Shown here: one piece after another, positions 52,841 through 62,612 of the stretch | How positions within the stretch are numbered: position 1 is the first letter of the stretch | How the letters are laid out: every line of letters begins with the position of its first letter | Source of the DNA: Alphaproteobacteria bacterium | Lineage (GTDB): Bacteria; Pseudomonadota; Alphaproteobacteria; UBA7887 | Direction of reading: 5' to 3' | Assembly: GCA_965216755.1 (NCBI GenBank) | Contig: CBDCGL010000011.1 | Location: forward strand, 320,001-384,000 | DNA: 64,000 nt | The notes under the pieces: model-generated | Seen by the model: only the letters and a program-made list of their open reading frames with translations | What the model was told of the DNA's origin: nothing | Databases searched by the model: none | Translations under genes and position numbers: made by a program

Positions 52841-53953
52841 ATGATGCGCATGGACGCCGGTGGGGGCACGGCATCCGAACGCAAGAACAAACGGCGTTTG
52901 GCAACGCTGCTATTGGCTGTTGTCGCCTATAGCCACGCTGCATGTTATCGCGCGCCGCCGCGGGCGTTGCAGCCGCCGGCGATCCAGGTGCCCGACGTCA
53001 TCGTTGTCGCCAGCACGGCGTCTGACTCTGAAGCCGAAGATACGGTGGTTGTCGCGCCGAAGGATACGCTCTACGCGCTTTCCAAAAAACATCGCGTGGC
53101 CATACGAAGTCTCATTGATGCCAATGGGTTGAAGCCGCCCTACACCTTGCGCGTTGGCCAGCGCCTTCGTTTGCCGTCATATCCCGAATATGTGGTTCAG
53201 CCCGGCGATACGGCCTATCGCATATCCCGCTGCCAAGGCGTCGATTTGGCGATCATGGCGCGATTGAATGGGTTCAAACCGCCTTACACGATCTCGGTTG
53301 GCCAGCGTCTGCGAATACCGGCGCGCACGCAAGAGCCGTCGTGTCCGCGGTCCGCCGCCACGGTATCCCAGCCGGAGGCCGATGGCGCGATCCCGGCGAT
53401 CCAGGCTTCGAACTCGCGCACCGCCGTTGCCGGACGGGTGTCGGCTACAGCGCCGGTCGCGCGTCCGCCGCGCAAGCCGGGTTCGACCGTGTTGGCGGAT
53501 ATCGTGCGACCGCTTTCGAAACCAAATCGTTTGTCATCGGCCATGCATTTGGCCAAGCCACCGGCCCGGGCGTCGCAGCATTTCTTGTGGCCCGTCGATG
53601 GCGAACTCGTGTCTCGTTATGGAGTTCAGCCGGGCAATCGCCACAATGACGGCATCAACATCGCCGCCCCAAGAGGCACGGTTGTTCGAGCGGCTGAAAA
53701 TGGCGTTGTCGTCTATGCTGGCAACCAGCTTCGTGGTTATGGCAATCTGGTTCTGATCCGCCACGCCGACGGATGGACGACCGCGTACGCCCACAACGAA
53801 AAAGTGCTGGTCGGGCGCGGCGATACAGTGCGGCGCGGGCAAGAGATCGCGCATGTGGGCGCTACCGGCAATGTCCAATCGCCACAGATGCATTTTGAAT
53901 TGCGCCGGCGCGCGCAAGCGGTTGACCCTGAGGTCTTTCTGGCCGCGAACTAG
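52841..53953 (+). CDS. nlpD: LysM x2 + M23 peptidase-family protein (NlpD/DipM-like)
   Basis: Two LysM repeats (L.PPY.L.VGQRL), NDGINI, YGNLVL.RH, YAH, HFE.R; start uncertain. Confidence 0.88.
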   Translation: MMRMDAGGGTASERKNKRRLATLLLAVVAYSHAACYRAPPRALQPPAIQVPDVIVVASTASDSEAEDTVVVAPKDTLYALSKKHRVAIRSLIDANGLKPPYTLRVGQRLRLPSYPEYVVQPGDTAYRISRCQGVDLAIMARLNGFKPPYTISVGQRLRIPARTQEPSCPRSAATVSQPEADGAIPAIQASNSRTAVAGRVSATAPVARPPRKPGSTVLADIVRPLSKPNRLSSAMHLAKPPARASQHFLWPVDGELVSRYGVQPGNRHNDGINIAAPRGTVVRAAENGVVVYAGNQLRGYGNLVLIRHADGWTTAYAHNEKVLVGRGDTVRRGQEIAHVGATGNVQSPQMHFELRRRAQAVDPEVFLAAN

Positions 53954-53956
53954 GCC

Positions 53957-53968
53957 GGGGGGGGGGGG
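53957..53968. repeat. G12 homopolymer tract
   Basis: 12 consecutive G between nlpD and the methyltransferase gene. Confidence 0.9.
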
Positions 53969-54007
53969 CGACGCACCGTGTCCGGCTAGTCGGAGGTCAA
54001 GGCAGAA

Positions 54008-55060
54008 ATGAGCGGCGAACCACAGCGACGTACGGCGGCGGAGCATTTGGTTGATATCTACACTGGCAGCATGCTGACCAACATGTTGGATATCGGGTAT
54101 CAATCCGGTTTATTGAGGGCAGTAGCGAACGGGCCGGGGACCAGTGAGGAAATCAGTGCTCGGGCGAATCTCAACGAACGCTATGTGCGCGAATGGTTGG
54201 GCGCGATGGCGACGGGCGGGTTGTTTTCGTACGATCCGGTTAGCCGCCAATATACGCTGCCCGATGATTATGCAGCTATCCTTTCGGGTGGCAGTGCCCG
54301 CAATGTGGCGCCGATGAGCCGCATCCTTAATCATTTCGTTAAGCACATCCCCAAATTGGTGACCGCGTTCAAAGAGGGCGGCGGGGTTCCATATGAAGAC
54401 TATTGGCCGGAATTCACCTGTTGCGCGTCTGACGTTTGGCGCCGCATTTACGATGAGCATTTGATTGACGGATTTCTGGGTGTGGTCCCGGGCCTGAAAC
54501 AACGTTTGGCGGATGGAATCCGCGTTGTCGACCTAGGCTGTGGCGATGGCCACGCCATCAACGTCATGGCACGGACGTATCCGGGATCTGATTTCTGGGG
54601 CTACGACATCAGCGCGGCCGCGATCGAAAGTGCCCGACGCGAGGCCGTGTCGTGGGAGTTGGTGAACGCGCATTTTGACATTGTCGACGTGACGACACTA
54701 CCCGAAGAACCCAAGTTCGACATGATTGCCGCTTTCGACTCTATTCACGACCAAGTGGTGCCTGACGTCGTTCTCCGAAACATCCGGCAGGCCCTGGCGC
54801 CCGGCGGTGTTTTTGTCATGATCGACTTCAAATTCGCCAGCGACCTGGCGGACAATATGGGCAATCGATTGGCGCCGCTCCATTATGGTATCAGCGTCAT
54901 GCACTGCATGACCGTTTCGCTGGCGGCGGGTGGCGCCGGGCTGGGCACGGTTTGGGGCATTGAAACCGCCACGCGTATGCTGCGCGAGGCCGGATTTCCA
55001 TCTGTCGAGGTCTACGACTCACCCCGCCCGCAAAACTGCATCTATGTCTGTCAGTCGTGA
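54008..55060 (+). CDS. Class I SAM-dependent methyltransferase with N-terminal winged helix (Rv2258c-like)
   Basis: ERYVREWL, F..GGGVPY, DLGCG.G, FD.IHD, S..HC...SLA.GG.GLG..WG. Confidence 0.88.
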   Translation: MSGEPQRRTAAEHLVDIYTGSMLTNMLDIGYQSGLLRAVANGPGTSEEISARANLNERYVREWLGAMATGGLFSYDPVSRQYTLPDDYAAILSGGSARNVAPMSRILNHFVKHIPKLVTAFKEGGGVPYEDYWPEFTCCASDVWRRIYDEHLIDGFLGVVPGLKQRLADGIRVVDLGCGDGHAINVMARTYPGSDFWGYDISAAAIESARREAVSWELVNAHFDIVDVTTLPEEPKFDMIAAFDSIHDQVVPDVVLRNIRQALAPGGVFVMIDFKFASDLADNMGNRLAPLHYGISVMHCMTVSLAAGGAGLGTVWGIETATRMLREAGFPSVEVYDSPRPQNCIYVCQS

Positions 55061-55191
55061 GCCGCACCCATCCGGGACTTCCATACCGTTCTGTCCGACG
55101 TTGATATTGGCAAACCATTGGCGACCACACTCAAGGATCAAGCCGTTTAAGAACAGTGAGCCTGACCGCTCCAAGTGGTGTGTTCGTGCGC

Positions 55192-55220
55192 AAAAAAAAG
55201 AGGCCGTGCGGGACGGCCTT
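55192..55220 (-). terminator. Rho-independent terminator (minus strand)
   Basis: AGGCCGT/ACGGCCT stem followed by U8 on the minus strand. Confidence 0.75.
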
Positions 55221-55537
55221 GCCACAGGTATATGCGAGCTTTCTGTCGTTGCGCCCCTTTGTTGTTGGTAGCGCCATACGTATGCACCGATGTTCCGCTT
55301 GCTTGCCGTGATGGCAAGACAAACGGTCATACCCTGGCAATATCAATTTGCGCCATGCCAGGTGCGTCACGTGAGGTTGCCAAATCACCGACGCCGGTAT
55401 CTACCGCCAAAGGGCGAATGAAGTGGCGAAATTCGCAAGTTCTTTGCATAGCGAACAAAGAGCGTGCGATACTCGTGACCATAGCAGCGAATTCTGTCGT
55501 CGGCGTCGCCCGTCCGGGCGACGGAACTTAGCGCATT

Positions 55538-56233
55538 CTATTTCGCCACTAGGGCCCGCGAGTCAAAGTTATGGCGCGTTACGATGTCGCCATGGCCATC
55601 GGCGAGTTCGGCGGCGGGGCTGAGCAAGACAACCCGAACAAGCTGAGATTGGCGCGCGACATTGAGTTTCGCGAAAATGCGTCGCTGATGTGTCTTCGCG
55701 GTATTGAGACTGATCGAAAGCTTTTCGGCAGATTGCGTGAGCCCATGTCCCTGCGCCAAGAAGGCGGTGAGGTTTGCCTCGGCATGGGTGAGGTCGAACA
55801 AAGAACAGAGCGCGGTGCGCGAGATCACCGGATCGCGTTCGGGGTCACTGACAAAGACGATGGCGTCAACAGCCACACCATCTTCATTGATCCACGGTTG
55901 CGGAAGCTGGCAGACCATGAGGCACAGTGGTTGCTTGCCCGATGGCCGGCGTAAGGCAATGAGGCAACAGCTGTCGGACTCTTGTTGGACACGGTCATTC
56001 GTGATGGCTTGCCGAAGGTCGCGCGATTGACGCGGATGCGCAGCAGCGATTTTCCCATGGTTGATTGCCAGACCGTCGGCACACTCGACAACCTGTCGTG
56101 CCGCACGATTGACGTAGTGGACTGTGCTCGTCGCATCGACCAACACGATCCCAATCGGTACGTGATCCAAAAGGAACTTTGCGGCGACCGGCCACCCGTC
56201 GCAAGTTGAAGCGGCGGCGGGCAAGGGCGTCAT
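55538..56233 (-). CDS. PAS-like + LuxR/CsgD-type HTH transcriptional regulator (short form)
   Basis: LD.VP.GIVLVD....V..VNRAA PAS start; FDLT.AE......G......A..L.IS.NT.KTH...IFAK......S.LV HTH; start uncertain. Confidence 0.8.
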   Translation of the reverse strand: MTPLPAAASTCDGWPVAAKFLLDHVPIGIVLVDATSTVHYVNRAARQVVECADGLAINHGKIAAAHPRQSRDLRQAITNDRVQQESDSCCLIALRRPSGKQPLCLMVCQLPQPWINEDGVAVDAIVFVSDPERDPVISRTALCSLFDLTHAEANLTAFLAQGHGLTQSAEKLSISLNTAKTHQRRIFAKLNVARQSQLVRVVLLSPAAELADGHGDIVTRHNFDSRALVAK

Positions 56234-56790
56234 TTTGCGGCGGCAATTGCGAAGGCGTCTATCGGACCGCGCGGGCCCGGACCGCCGTCGGCTCGAGAAG
56301 ACCACGAGATGCGCTCGATATACGGTGGAATTTGATGGCGTCAGGTAAAACGGAAATAGTCCTTATGTAACTCCATGTATTCCGAAGTACGTTTTTCATA
56401 ATTATTTTCAAATTCGAAAAAAAATCAGACTGAGCCAAAGTAGCTGGCCCTCCTGCGGTTTGCTTTGGTGGGTCTGAGGTCCAATTCAATTGATAGACGG
56501 TATCGATAGTTACCGCCGTTTGCATCGCCCGAACGGGCGATTCATGCCATTATGCAAATATGATCTAGAGACCTTGCAAGAGAACGTGCCCGGAAAGAGG
56601 GTGAGTCGCCTATGCCAATCGCGTTATTGGCGGCGCGAAAGCCTGCGGATCCCGGCTTAGAATAGAGCCGAGGTGTGCAATCGGACCGGGCACAATAAGA
56701 AATTATTCTGCAATTTCAGCGCTTTTTCAATTGGACTCGTCTCGAGGCCGATCAATCTGTTTTAACAATGCATAATGTAGATCAAAAACG

Positions 56791-57693
56791 TTAAATGATA
56801 GCCTGCCCTTGGCGTCCGGCCAGGTCGAGTATGAACTGCCAGGCCACGCGGCCTGATCGGCTGCCCCGCGTGACCGCCCATTCGATTGCCTCCGCACGCA
56901 GTTCTTGCGCGTCCACGACAAGTCCAAAGGCATCCGCGTAGCCCGAAACGATGTCCAGATAGACGTCTTGGCCGCAGGCGTGAAAACCGAGCCAGAGACC
57001 AAATCTGTCCGAAAGCGACACTTTCTCTTCGACCGCTTCGGAGGGGGTGATGGCGGTCGAGCGCTCATTTTCGATCATGTCTCGGGGCATCAAATGGCGG
57101 CGGTTCGAGGTTGCATAGAAGACAACATTCTCCGGCCGGCCCTCAATGCCGCCGTCAAGGACGGCCTTCAACGACTTGTAGGACGTATCGTCGTGATCGA
57201 ATGACAAGTCATCGCAAAAGAGCAGCACGCGGCGATCGCTGGCGCGGATGCCATCAAGCAGACGCGGGAGGCTGTCAATGTCCTCCCGATGGATTTCAAT
57301 CAGTGCTAACGGCTTAAGATCCGGCGTAGGTTTTGCGGATTCCCGCGCCTCATTGTTGATGGCCGCATGGACCGCTTTGATCAGCGAGCTCTTGCCCATG
57401 CCGCGAGCCCCCCACAGCAAGGCGTTGTTGGCCGCATGGCCGGCCGCGAAGCGCCGCGTGTTGGCATGTAGGATTTCGCGCACGCGGTCGATGCCCTTGA
57501 GCAACGACAGGTCAACCCGACTGACCCTAGTGACCGCCGCCAACTGCCCAACTTCGGACTGCCAGACAAACGCGTCCGCATCGTCAAGCGACGGGGCCGG
57601 TGGCGTTAACGGCGCCAAACGTTCCAAACTTGCGGCTATCCGCTGCAACGCGTCCGGAATGCGTTCGTCTTTTGCGCTGGGGCCGTCACTCAT
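56791..57693 (-). CDS. DUF815 family AAA+ ATP-binding protein
   Basis: NNALLWGARGMGKSS, FCDDLSF, YATSNRRHL, EEKVSLSDRFG, GSRSGRVAWQF; divergent from yajC. Confidence 0.93.
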   Translation of the reverse strand: MSDGPSAKDERIPDALQRIAASLERLAPLTPPAPSLDDADAFVWQSEVGQLAAVTRVSRVDLSLLKGIDRVREILHANTRRFAAGHAANNALLWGARGMGKSSLIKAVHAAINNEARESAKPTPDLKPLALIEIHREDIDSLPRLLDGIRASDRRVLLFCDDLSFDHDDTSYKSLKAVLDGGIEGRPENVVFYATSNRRHLMPRDMIENERSTAITPSEAVEEKVSLSDRFGLWLGFHACGQDVYLDIVSGYADAFGLVVDAQELRAEAIEWAVTRGSRSGRVAWQFILDLAGRQGQAII

Positions 57694-57869
57694 TCAGCTT
57701 ATCTTTCAGCATGTTGTCGTGTACATGTCGGGTTGGCCACGGACCGTAGCATAGGCCGGACAGTGACGAAACCGCGACCGAGACCACCGTGGCCTTTGGT
57801 TGCAATGCCACCGGGTATGGGTATAGTCCGGCTTTCCTTTGATGGCGCTTTTCGGGGATTGAGACTCAC

Positions 57870-58226
57870 ATGTGGATCACACCGGCCTTCGCGCAAGACG
57901 GTGGCGGCGGCGGCGCGATCGTCCAGCTGCTGCCCCTGATCCTGATTTTTGTTGTGTTCTATTTTCTGCTGATTAGACCACAACAGAAAAAGTTGAAGAC
58001 CCACCGCGATATGGTCGCCAACTTGAAACGCGGTGACCGGGTTATCACCGGGGGTGGGTTGCACGCCACGGTCGCGAAAGTCGAAGACGAGCAGACCCTG
58101 GTGCTTGAAATCGCGCAGGGCGTGCGTGTCAAGGCTGCACGCCATACGATATCGGAGCTGGCCGCCAAACCCGAGCCGCGCCGCGCCGATGACAATGAGA
58201 GCGACAAGGCTATAAAGAGCGGATAG
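57870..58226 (+). CDS. yajC: Preprotein translocase subunit YajC
   Basis: FYFLLIRPQQKK, L..GD.V.T.GG. Confidence 0.95.
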   Translation: MWITPAFAQDGGGGGAIVQLLPLILIFVVFYFLLIRPQQKKLKTHRDMVANLKRGDRVITGGGLHATVAKVEDEQTLVLEIAQGVRVKAARHTISELAAKPEPRRADDNESDKAIKSG

Positions 58227-58291
58227 ATAGGGCCCGTTGGGCGCAGCCTTGGCCCGCACGCTGATGAATACGCTGGGACCAATGCACGATC

Positions 58292-59878
58292 ATGCTTCGA
58301 TTTGAACCTTGGAAGATCGCGCTGGTCGCGATCGTGACCGTATTGGGCGTATTTTTCGCCTGGCCAAACTTGCTAGCGCGAGACACGGCAGAATCGCTGC
58401 CGAGTTGGCTTCCGAGCACGCAAATCAATCTTGGATTGGACTTGCAAGGTGGGTCGCACTTGCTGCTGCTGTGCGAGATCGATGCTGTGATAGACGAGCG
58501 GTTGGAGACCGTGGTCGACGAAATTCGGCTACGCCTGCGTGAAAGGCGGATCGGCTATACCGGATTGGGCGCGTCGGGTGGCCAGGTCAGTTTTCAACTG
58601 CGCGACACGGCTGACGAAGAGGATGCACGGGACGCGCTCAACGAGGTTGATGCCGGTACCGTCATAACGGTCGCGGATAGTGGCCAAGTCTCGGTCAGCT
58701 ACACAGACGAAGAGCTTGAGCGACGCAAGCGTGAACTTGTGGCGCAAACCATTGAAATTGTGCGTATTCGTCTCGACGAAACCGGTACGCGCGAACCCAC
58801 CATTCAACGTCAGGGTGACGACCGCATCCTTGTGCAGGTACCCGGCGTCGAAGATCCGGAGTACCTCAAGAGAATTCTTGGCGAGACGGCGAAAATGACG
58901 TTCCACTTGGTGGATGAAAATACGCCGGTCGAGGATGCGCTGTCGGGAAACATTCCGCCGGGGTCCATGCTGCTGTACGAAAAGGTTGAAGATCCCAATA
59001 CTGGCCAGGAATCCGAAGGCCTGCCGGTCTTAGTACGCAAGCGGGTTGGTGTCAGCGGCGAAAACCTGGTCGATGCGCAAGCGACATTTCAGGAAAATCA
59101 ACCTGTCGTGTCGATCCGTTTCGATTCCCAAGGCGCACGGAAGTTTGGCACTCTGACGGCTGAGAATGTCGGGCGTCGGTTTGCCATCGTCTTGGACGAC
59201 GAGGTGATCAGCGCGCCGGTCATTCGTGAGCCGATCCCCGGTGGCAACGGTATTATCTCTGGTCGCTTCACCGCGCAAACGGCTGGCGATCTGGCGTTGC
59301 TACTGCGGGCCGGCGCGTTGCCGGCGCCCTTGACGATTCTGGAAGAACGTACTGTCGGTCCAAGCCTCGGTGCCGACTCAATCGCGGCCGGTAAGATCGC
59401 GTCGGTGATCGGGCTGGTGTTGGTGATCGCCTACATGATTGTGTCTTACGGACTATTCGGGATCGCGGCGACGGTCGCGTTGGTTACCAACATGGCCTTG
59501 ATCGTGGCGTTGTTGTCGACCCTGCAGGCGACGTTGACCTTACCCGGCATCGCCGGAATCGTTCTGACAATCGGCATGGCGGTCGATGCCAATGTGTTGA
59601 TCTTTGAGCGCATTCGCGAGGAAGTCCTCAACGGTCGCTCGCCGTTCTCGGCTGTGGATATCGGATTTCAACAAGCCTTTCGGACGATCGTCGATGCCAA
59701 TGTCACAACATTGATCGCGGCGGTTTTGCTGTATCAATTCGGATCCGGTCCCGTGCGCGGGTTTGCTGTAACCCTGGCGATTGGGGTTCTCACGTCGATG
59801 TTCACTGCGATCATGGTGACACGATTGTTGATTGTCCTGTGGCTGCAACGCACCCGACCGAAGGCACTGCCGATATGA
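58292..59878 (+). CDS. secD: Protein translocase subunit SecD
   Basis: LGLDLQGG, LLLRAGALPA, VGPSLG, LTLPGIAG, GMAVDANVLIFERI. Confidence 0.97.
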   Translation: MLRFEPWKIALVAIVTVLGVFFAWPNLLARDTAESLPSWLPSTQINLGLDLQGGSHLLLLCEIDAVIDERLETVVDEIRLRLRERRIGYTGLGASGGQVSFQLRDTADEEDARDALNEVDAGTVITVADSGQVSVSYTDEELERRKRELVAQTIEIVRIRLDETGTREPTIQRQGDDRILVQVPGVEDPEYLKRILGETAKMTFHLVDENTPVEDALSGNIPPGSMLLYEKVEDPNTGQESEGLPVLVRKRVGVSGENLVDAQATFQENQPVVSIRFDSQGARKFGTLTAENVGRRFAIVLDDEVISAPVIREPIPGGNGIISGRFTAQTAGDLALLLRAGALPAPLTILEERTVGPSLGADSIAAGKIASVIGLVLVIAYMIVSYGLFGIAATVALVTNMALIVALLSTLQATLTLPGIAGIVLTIGMAVDANVLIFERIREEVLNGRSPFSAVDIGFQQAFRTIVDANVTTLIAAVLLYQFGSGPVRGFAVTLAIGVLTSMFTAIMVTRLLIVLWLQRTRPKALPI

Positions 59879-59887
59879 GGAGCGGCC

Positions 59888-60841
59888 ATGTTTAGACTTC
59901 GGCTTGTCCGACAGCGGACGACGTTCCCTTTTATGAGTTGGCGCCGCGCCGCGTTCATCTTGTCGGCCGTTGCTATCGCGCTGTCGATCGGCTTGTTTGT
60001 GGTACGCGGATTGAATTATGGCATCGACTTCCGCGGCGGCATCTTGATGGAAGTGAAAACGCCGGATGCCGCGGATATCGCGGCGATGCGCGACAGCCTT
60101 GATCAGCTCAATTTGGGTGAAGTCGCTTTGCAGGAATTCGGCGCGCCCGACGATCTTCTCATACGCATCGAGCGACAGTCTGGCGCCGAGGCGGAACAGT
60201 TGGCCGCGATCAATGCCGTCAAGGCCCAGTTGGAAAGCGTCTATGGCGACGCAATCGACTATCGGCGGACCGAATTTGTGGGCCCGAAAGTTGGTGGCGA
60301 GCTCATTATCGCCGGGGTCAAGGCCGTGACTTTCGCGCTACTTGCGATGATGGTTTACATCTGGTTTCGCTTCGAATGGCAGTTCAGCATTGGGGCTGTG
60401 TTGGCGCTGCTCCATGACGTGGTCTTAACCATTGGGATGTTCGCGCTGACCGGCCTGGAGTTTAACTTAGCAACCGTGGCGGCAATCCTTCTTATCGTTG
60501 GTTATTCCATGAACGATACGGTCGTCGTTTATGACCGTATTCGCGAAAACCTGCGCAAATATAAAAAAATGGCTTTGGTGGAGCTGCTCGATCGCAGCAT
60601 CAACGACACGCTGTCACGTACCTTGATGACATCGATCACAACGCTGCTTGCATTGCTTTCTCTTTATTTTTTGGGCGGCGCGGTCATCGCCGACTTTAGT
60701 TTCGCCATGATTTGGGGCGTGCTGGTCGGCACATATTCGTCAATCTTTATCGCGGCGCCGGTGTTGATCTTTTTCAATGTGCGTCAAGTGAGCGGCAGCA
60801 TCGAAGAGCAGCCGGGCGAAGAAGCCGTGAAGTCGTCTTAG
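59888..60841 (+). CDS. secF: Protein translocase subunit SecF
   Basis: GIDFRGG, VGPKVG.EL, GYSMNDTVVVYDRIRE, GTYSSIFIA. Confidence 0.97.
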   Translation: MFRLRLVRQRTTFPFMSWRRAAFILSAVAIALSIGLFVVRGLNYGIDFRGGILMEVKTPDAADIAAMRDSLDQLNLGEVALQEFGAPDDLLIRIERQSGAEAEQLAAINAVKAQLESVYGDAIDYRRTEFVGPKVGGELIIAGVKAVTFALLAMMVYIWFRFEWQFSIGAVLALLHDVVLTIGMFALTGLEFNLATVAAILLIVGYSMNDTVVVYDRIRENLRKYKKMALVELLDRSINDTLSRTLMTSITTLLALLSLYFLGGAVIADFSFAMIWGVLVGTYSSIFIAAPVLIFFNVRQVSGSIEEQPGEEAVKSS

Positions 60842-60867
60842 TTCGTAGCGGCCAGTGGCGCTTCATT

Positions 60868-62370
60868 CTATTGGTAGATGAGCGTGCCGTCCTCAAGGTC
60901 GGCGGCCGGGATCTGGTCTTTTTCCGAGTAATAGTCTTGACTGAAGATCCAGGGTTGGCGATCGCCCTGCTTTGGCAGAATGTGCATCTTGCGCTTCAAA
61001 TAGCCGGCATTGAAGTTCTCGTCTTCGATAAACGGGCGCACCGGCATATCTTTGTCTTCCGGGCGCAGTTGTGGAGTGACCATGTCCACACCTTTGTTTT
61101 TCATGTGGTTGAGAAGCCGGCAGACAAATTCCGACACCATGTCGGCGCGCATGGTCCAGCTGGTCCGCAAATAGCCGAAGACCCACGCCATATTGGGAAC
61201 GCCCGAAAACATGATGCCGCGGTGGGCCCAGCAGTCGGCGAAATTTAGGGGCCGGCCATTGATCGTGACCGCGATATCGCCCAAGACAGACATATTGAAG
61301 CCTGTCGCGGTGACGATGATATCCGCGCCAAGCTCGCGGCCGGATTTAAGCAGTATCCCGTTTTCGGTGAAAGTTTCGATGTGGTCTGTGACCACCGAAG
61401 CCTTACCGGACCGGATCCCTTTAAAAAGGTCCCCATCCGGCACGATCGCAAGTCGTTGGCGCCACGGCCGGTAGCTTGGGGTGAAATGAGTCGCGACGTC
61501 GAAATCCTCGCCTAGATACATGCGGACCCCGGCCAACAGTTCTTCTTTGAGTGACTCCGGCTCCTCGAAGGAGCGGCGTGTGATCGTTTGCTGATCCTGA
61601 AGGATTTTGCGGCGAACAATCTCGTGGGTCCATTCCTCGGGGACGTCCAATTCGCGCAACATATCCGCCACTTCGTTGCTGTTTGGTCGCGCATAAAAGA
61701 AGGTCGGCGAGCGTTGCAGCATGGTGACATGCGCGCAGTTTTCGGCCATGGCGGGGATCAGGGTCGCAGCCGTGGCGCCCGACCCGATGACCACAACGTT
61801 CTTGTCGGTGTAGTCCAAATCCTCGGGCCAGGTTTGCGGATGAACGATGGGCCCCTGAAACCGGTCCATGCCCGGAAATTCTGGCGTGTAACCTTCGGAA
61901 TGGCGGTAGTAACCTTGGCACATCCACAGGAAATTGCAGGTCATGCGCACGGATGCGCCAGTTTCCAGCTGCGCGACATCCAGCGTCCATTGCTTGTCAT
62001 CGTCTGACCACGCCGCCGCCGTCACCTGGTGGCGATAGCGAACGTGTTGGCGAATGCCTTGCTCGTCTAAGACCTCGTCGAGATATTTGAGAATTTCCGC
62101 CGCCGTGGCGATGGGTGGCCCCGACCACGGTTTCCATTTGTAGCCGAACGTATAGAGGTCGCTGTCGGAGCGAATACCGGGGAATTTGTGGGTCAACCAG
62201 GTACCGCCGAAGCTCTCCTGATTTTCCAACAGGACGAAGCTCTTGTCCGGACAGTGTTGCTGAAGGTGGTAGGCGGCGTCGATGCCCGAAATACCGGCAC
62301 CGACAATCAAAACATCGTATTCTTCGACTGTTTTGGTGAGATCTGAGTTGGTCGTGGTTGCAGTATTCAC
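60868..62370 (-). CDS. FAD-dependent Baeyer-Villiger-type monooxygenase (EthA/AlmA-like)
   Basis: GAGISG, GGTW...FPGIRSDSD, F.G...HPQ.WP fingerprint, GSGATA, QRSPT, TATG. Confidence 0.92.
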   Translation of the reverse strand: MNTATTTNSDLTKTVEEYDVLIVGAGISGIDAAYHLQQHCPDKSFVLLENQESFGGTWLTHKFPGIRSDSDLYTFGYKWKPWSGPPIATAAEILKYLDEVLDEQGIRQHVRYRHQVTAAAWSDDDKQWTLDVAQLETGASVRMTCNFLWMCQGYYRHSEGYTPEFPGMDRFQGPIVHPQTWPEDLDYTDKNVVVIGSGATAATLIPAMAENCAHVTMLQRSPTFFYARPNSNEVADMLRELDVPEEWTHEIVRRKILQDQQTITRRSFEEPESLKEELLAGVRMYLGEDFDVATHFTPSYRPWRQRLAIVPDGDLFKGIRSGKASVVTDHIETFTENGILLKSGRELGADIIVTATGFNMSVLGDIAVTINGRPLNFADCWAHRGIMFSGVPNMAWVFGYLRTSWTMRADMVSEFVCRLLNHMKNKGVDMVTPQLRPEDKDMPVRPFIEDENFNAGYLKRKMHILPKQGDRQPWIFSQDYYSEKDQIPAADLEDGTLIYQ

Positions 62371-62612
62371 AAGGATTGCTCGTTCAATTTGTCATGTACC
62401 GAATTCGAATCGCATTTTGAGGCAATTGCCCGACTCACTACAATAGACGCGTTTGTTGCCCCTTTGGCTTTGTAATCGTCGCCACGTTTTTTGATTCGTT
62501 GGCGTGCTGTGTTACGTTGTTTCATTCGCAATACATAAAACAAGCTGTGACTTTGACTAGCCAGGAGAAAAAAAAAGGATTTGGGAACTGCGATTCTAGA
62601 CGATTTGGTCCG

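Noticed and set aside
62568-62576. A9 run as a programmed frameshift or phase-variation site
   Set aside because: It probably lies upstream of the true start in an AT-rich intergenic region; no credible partner frame.
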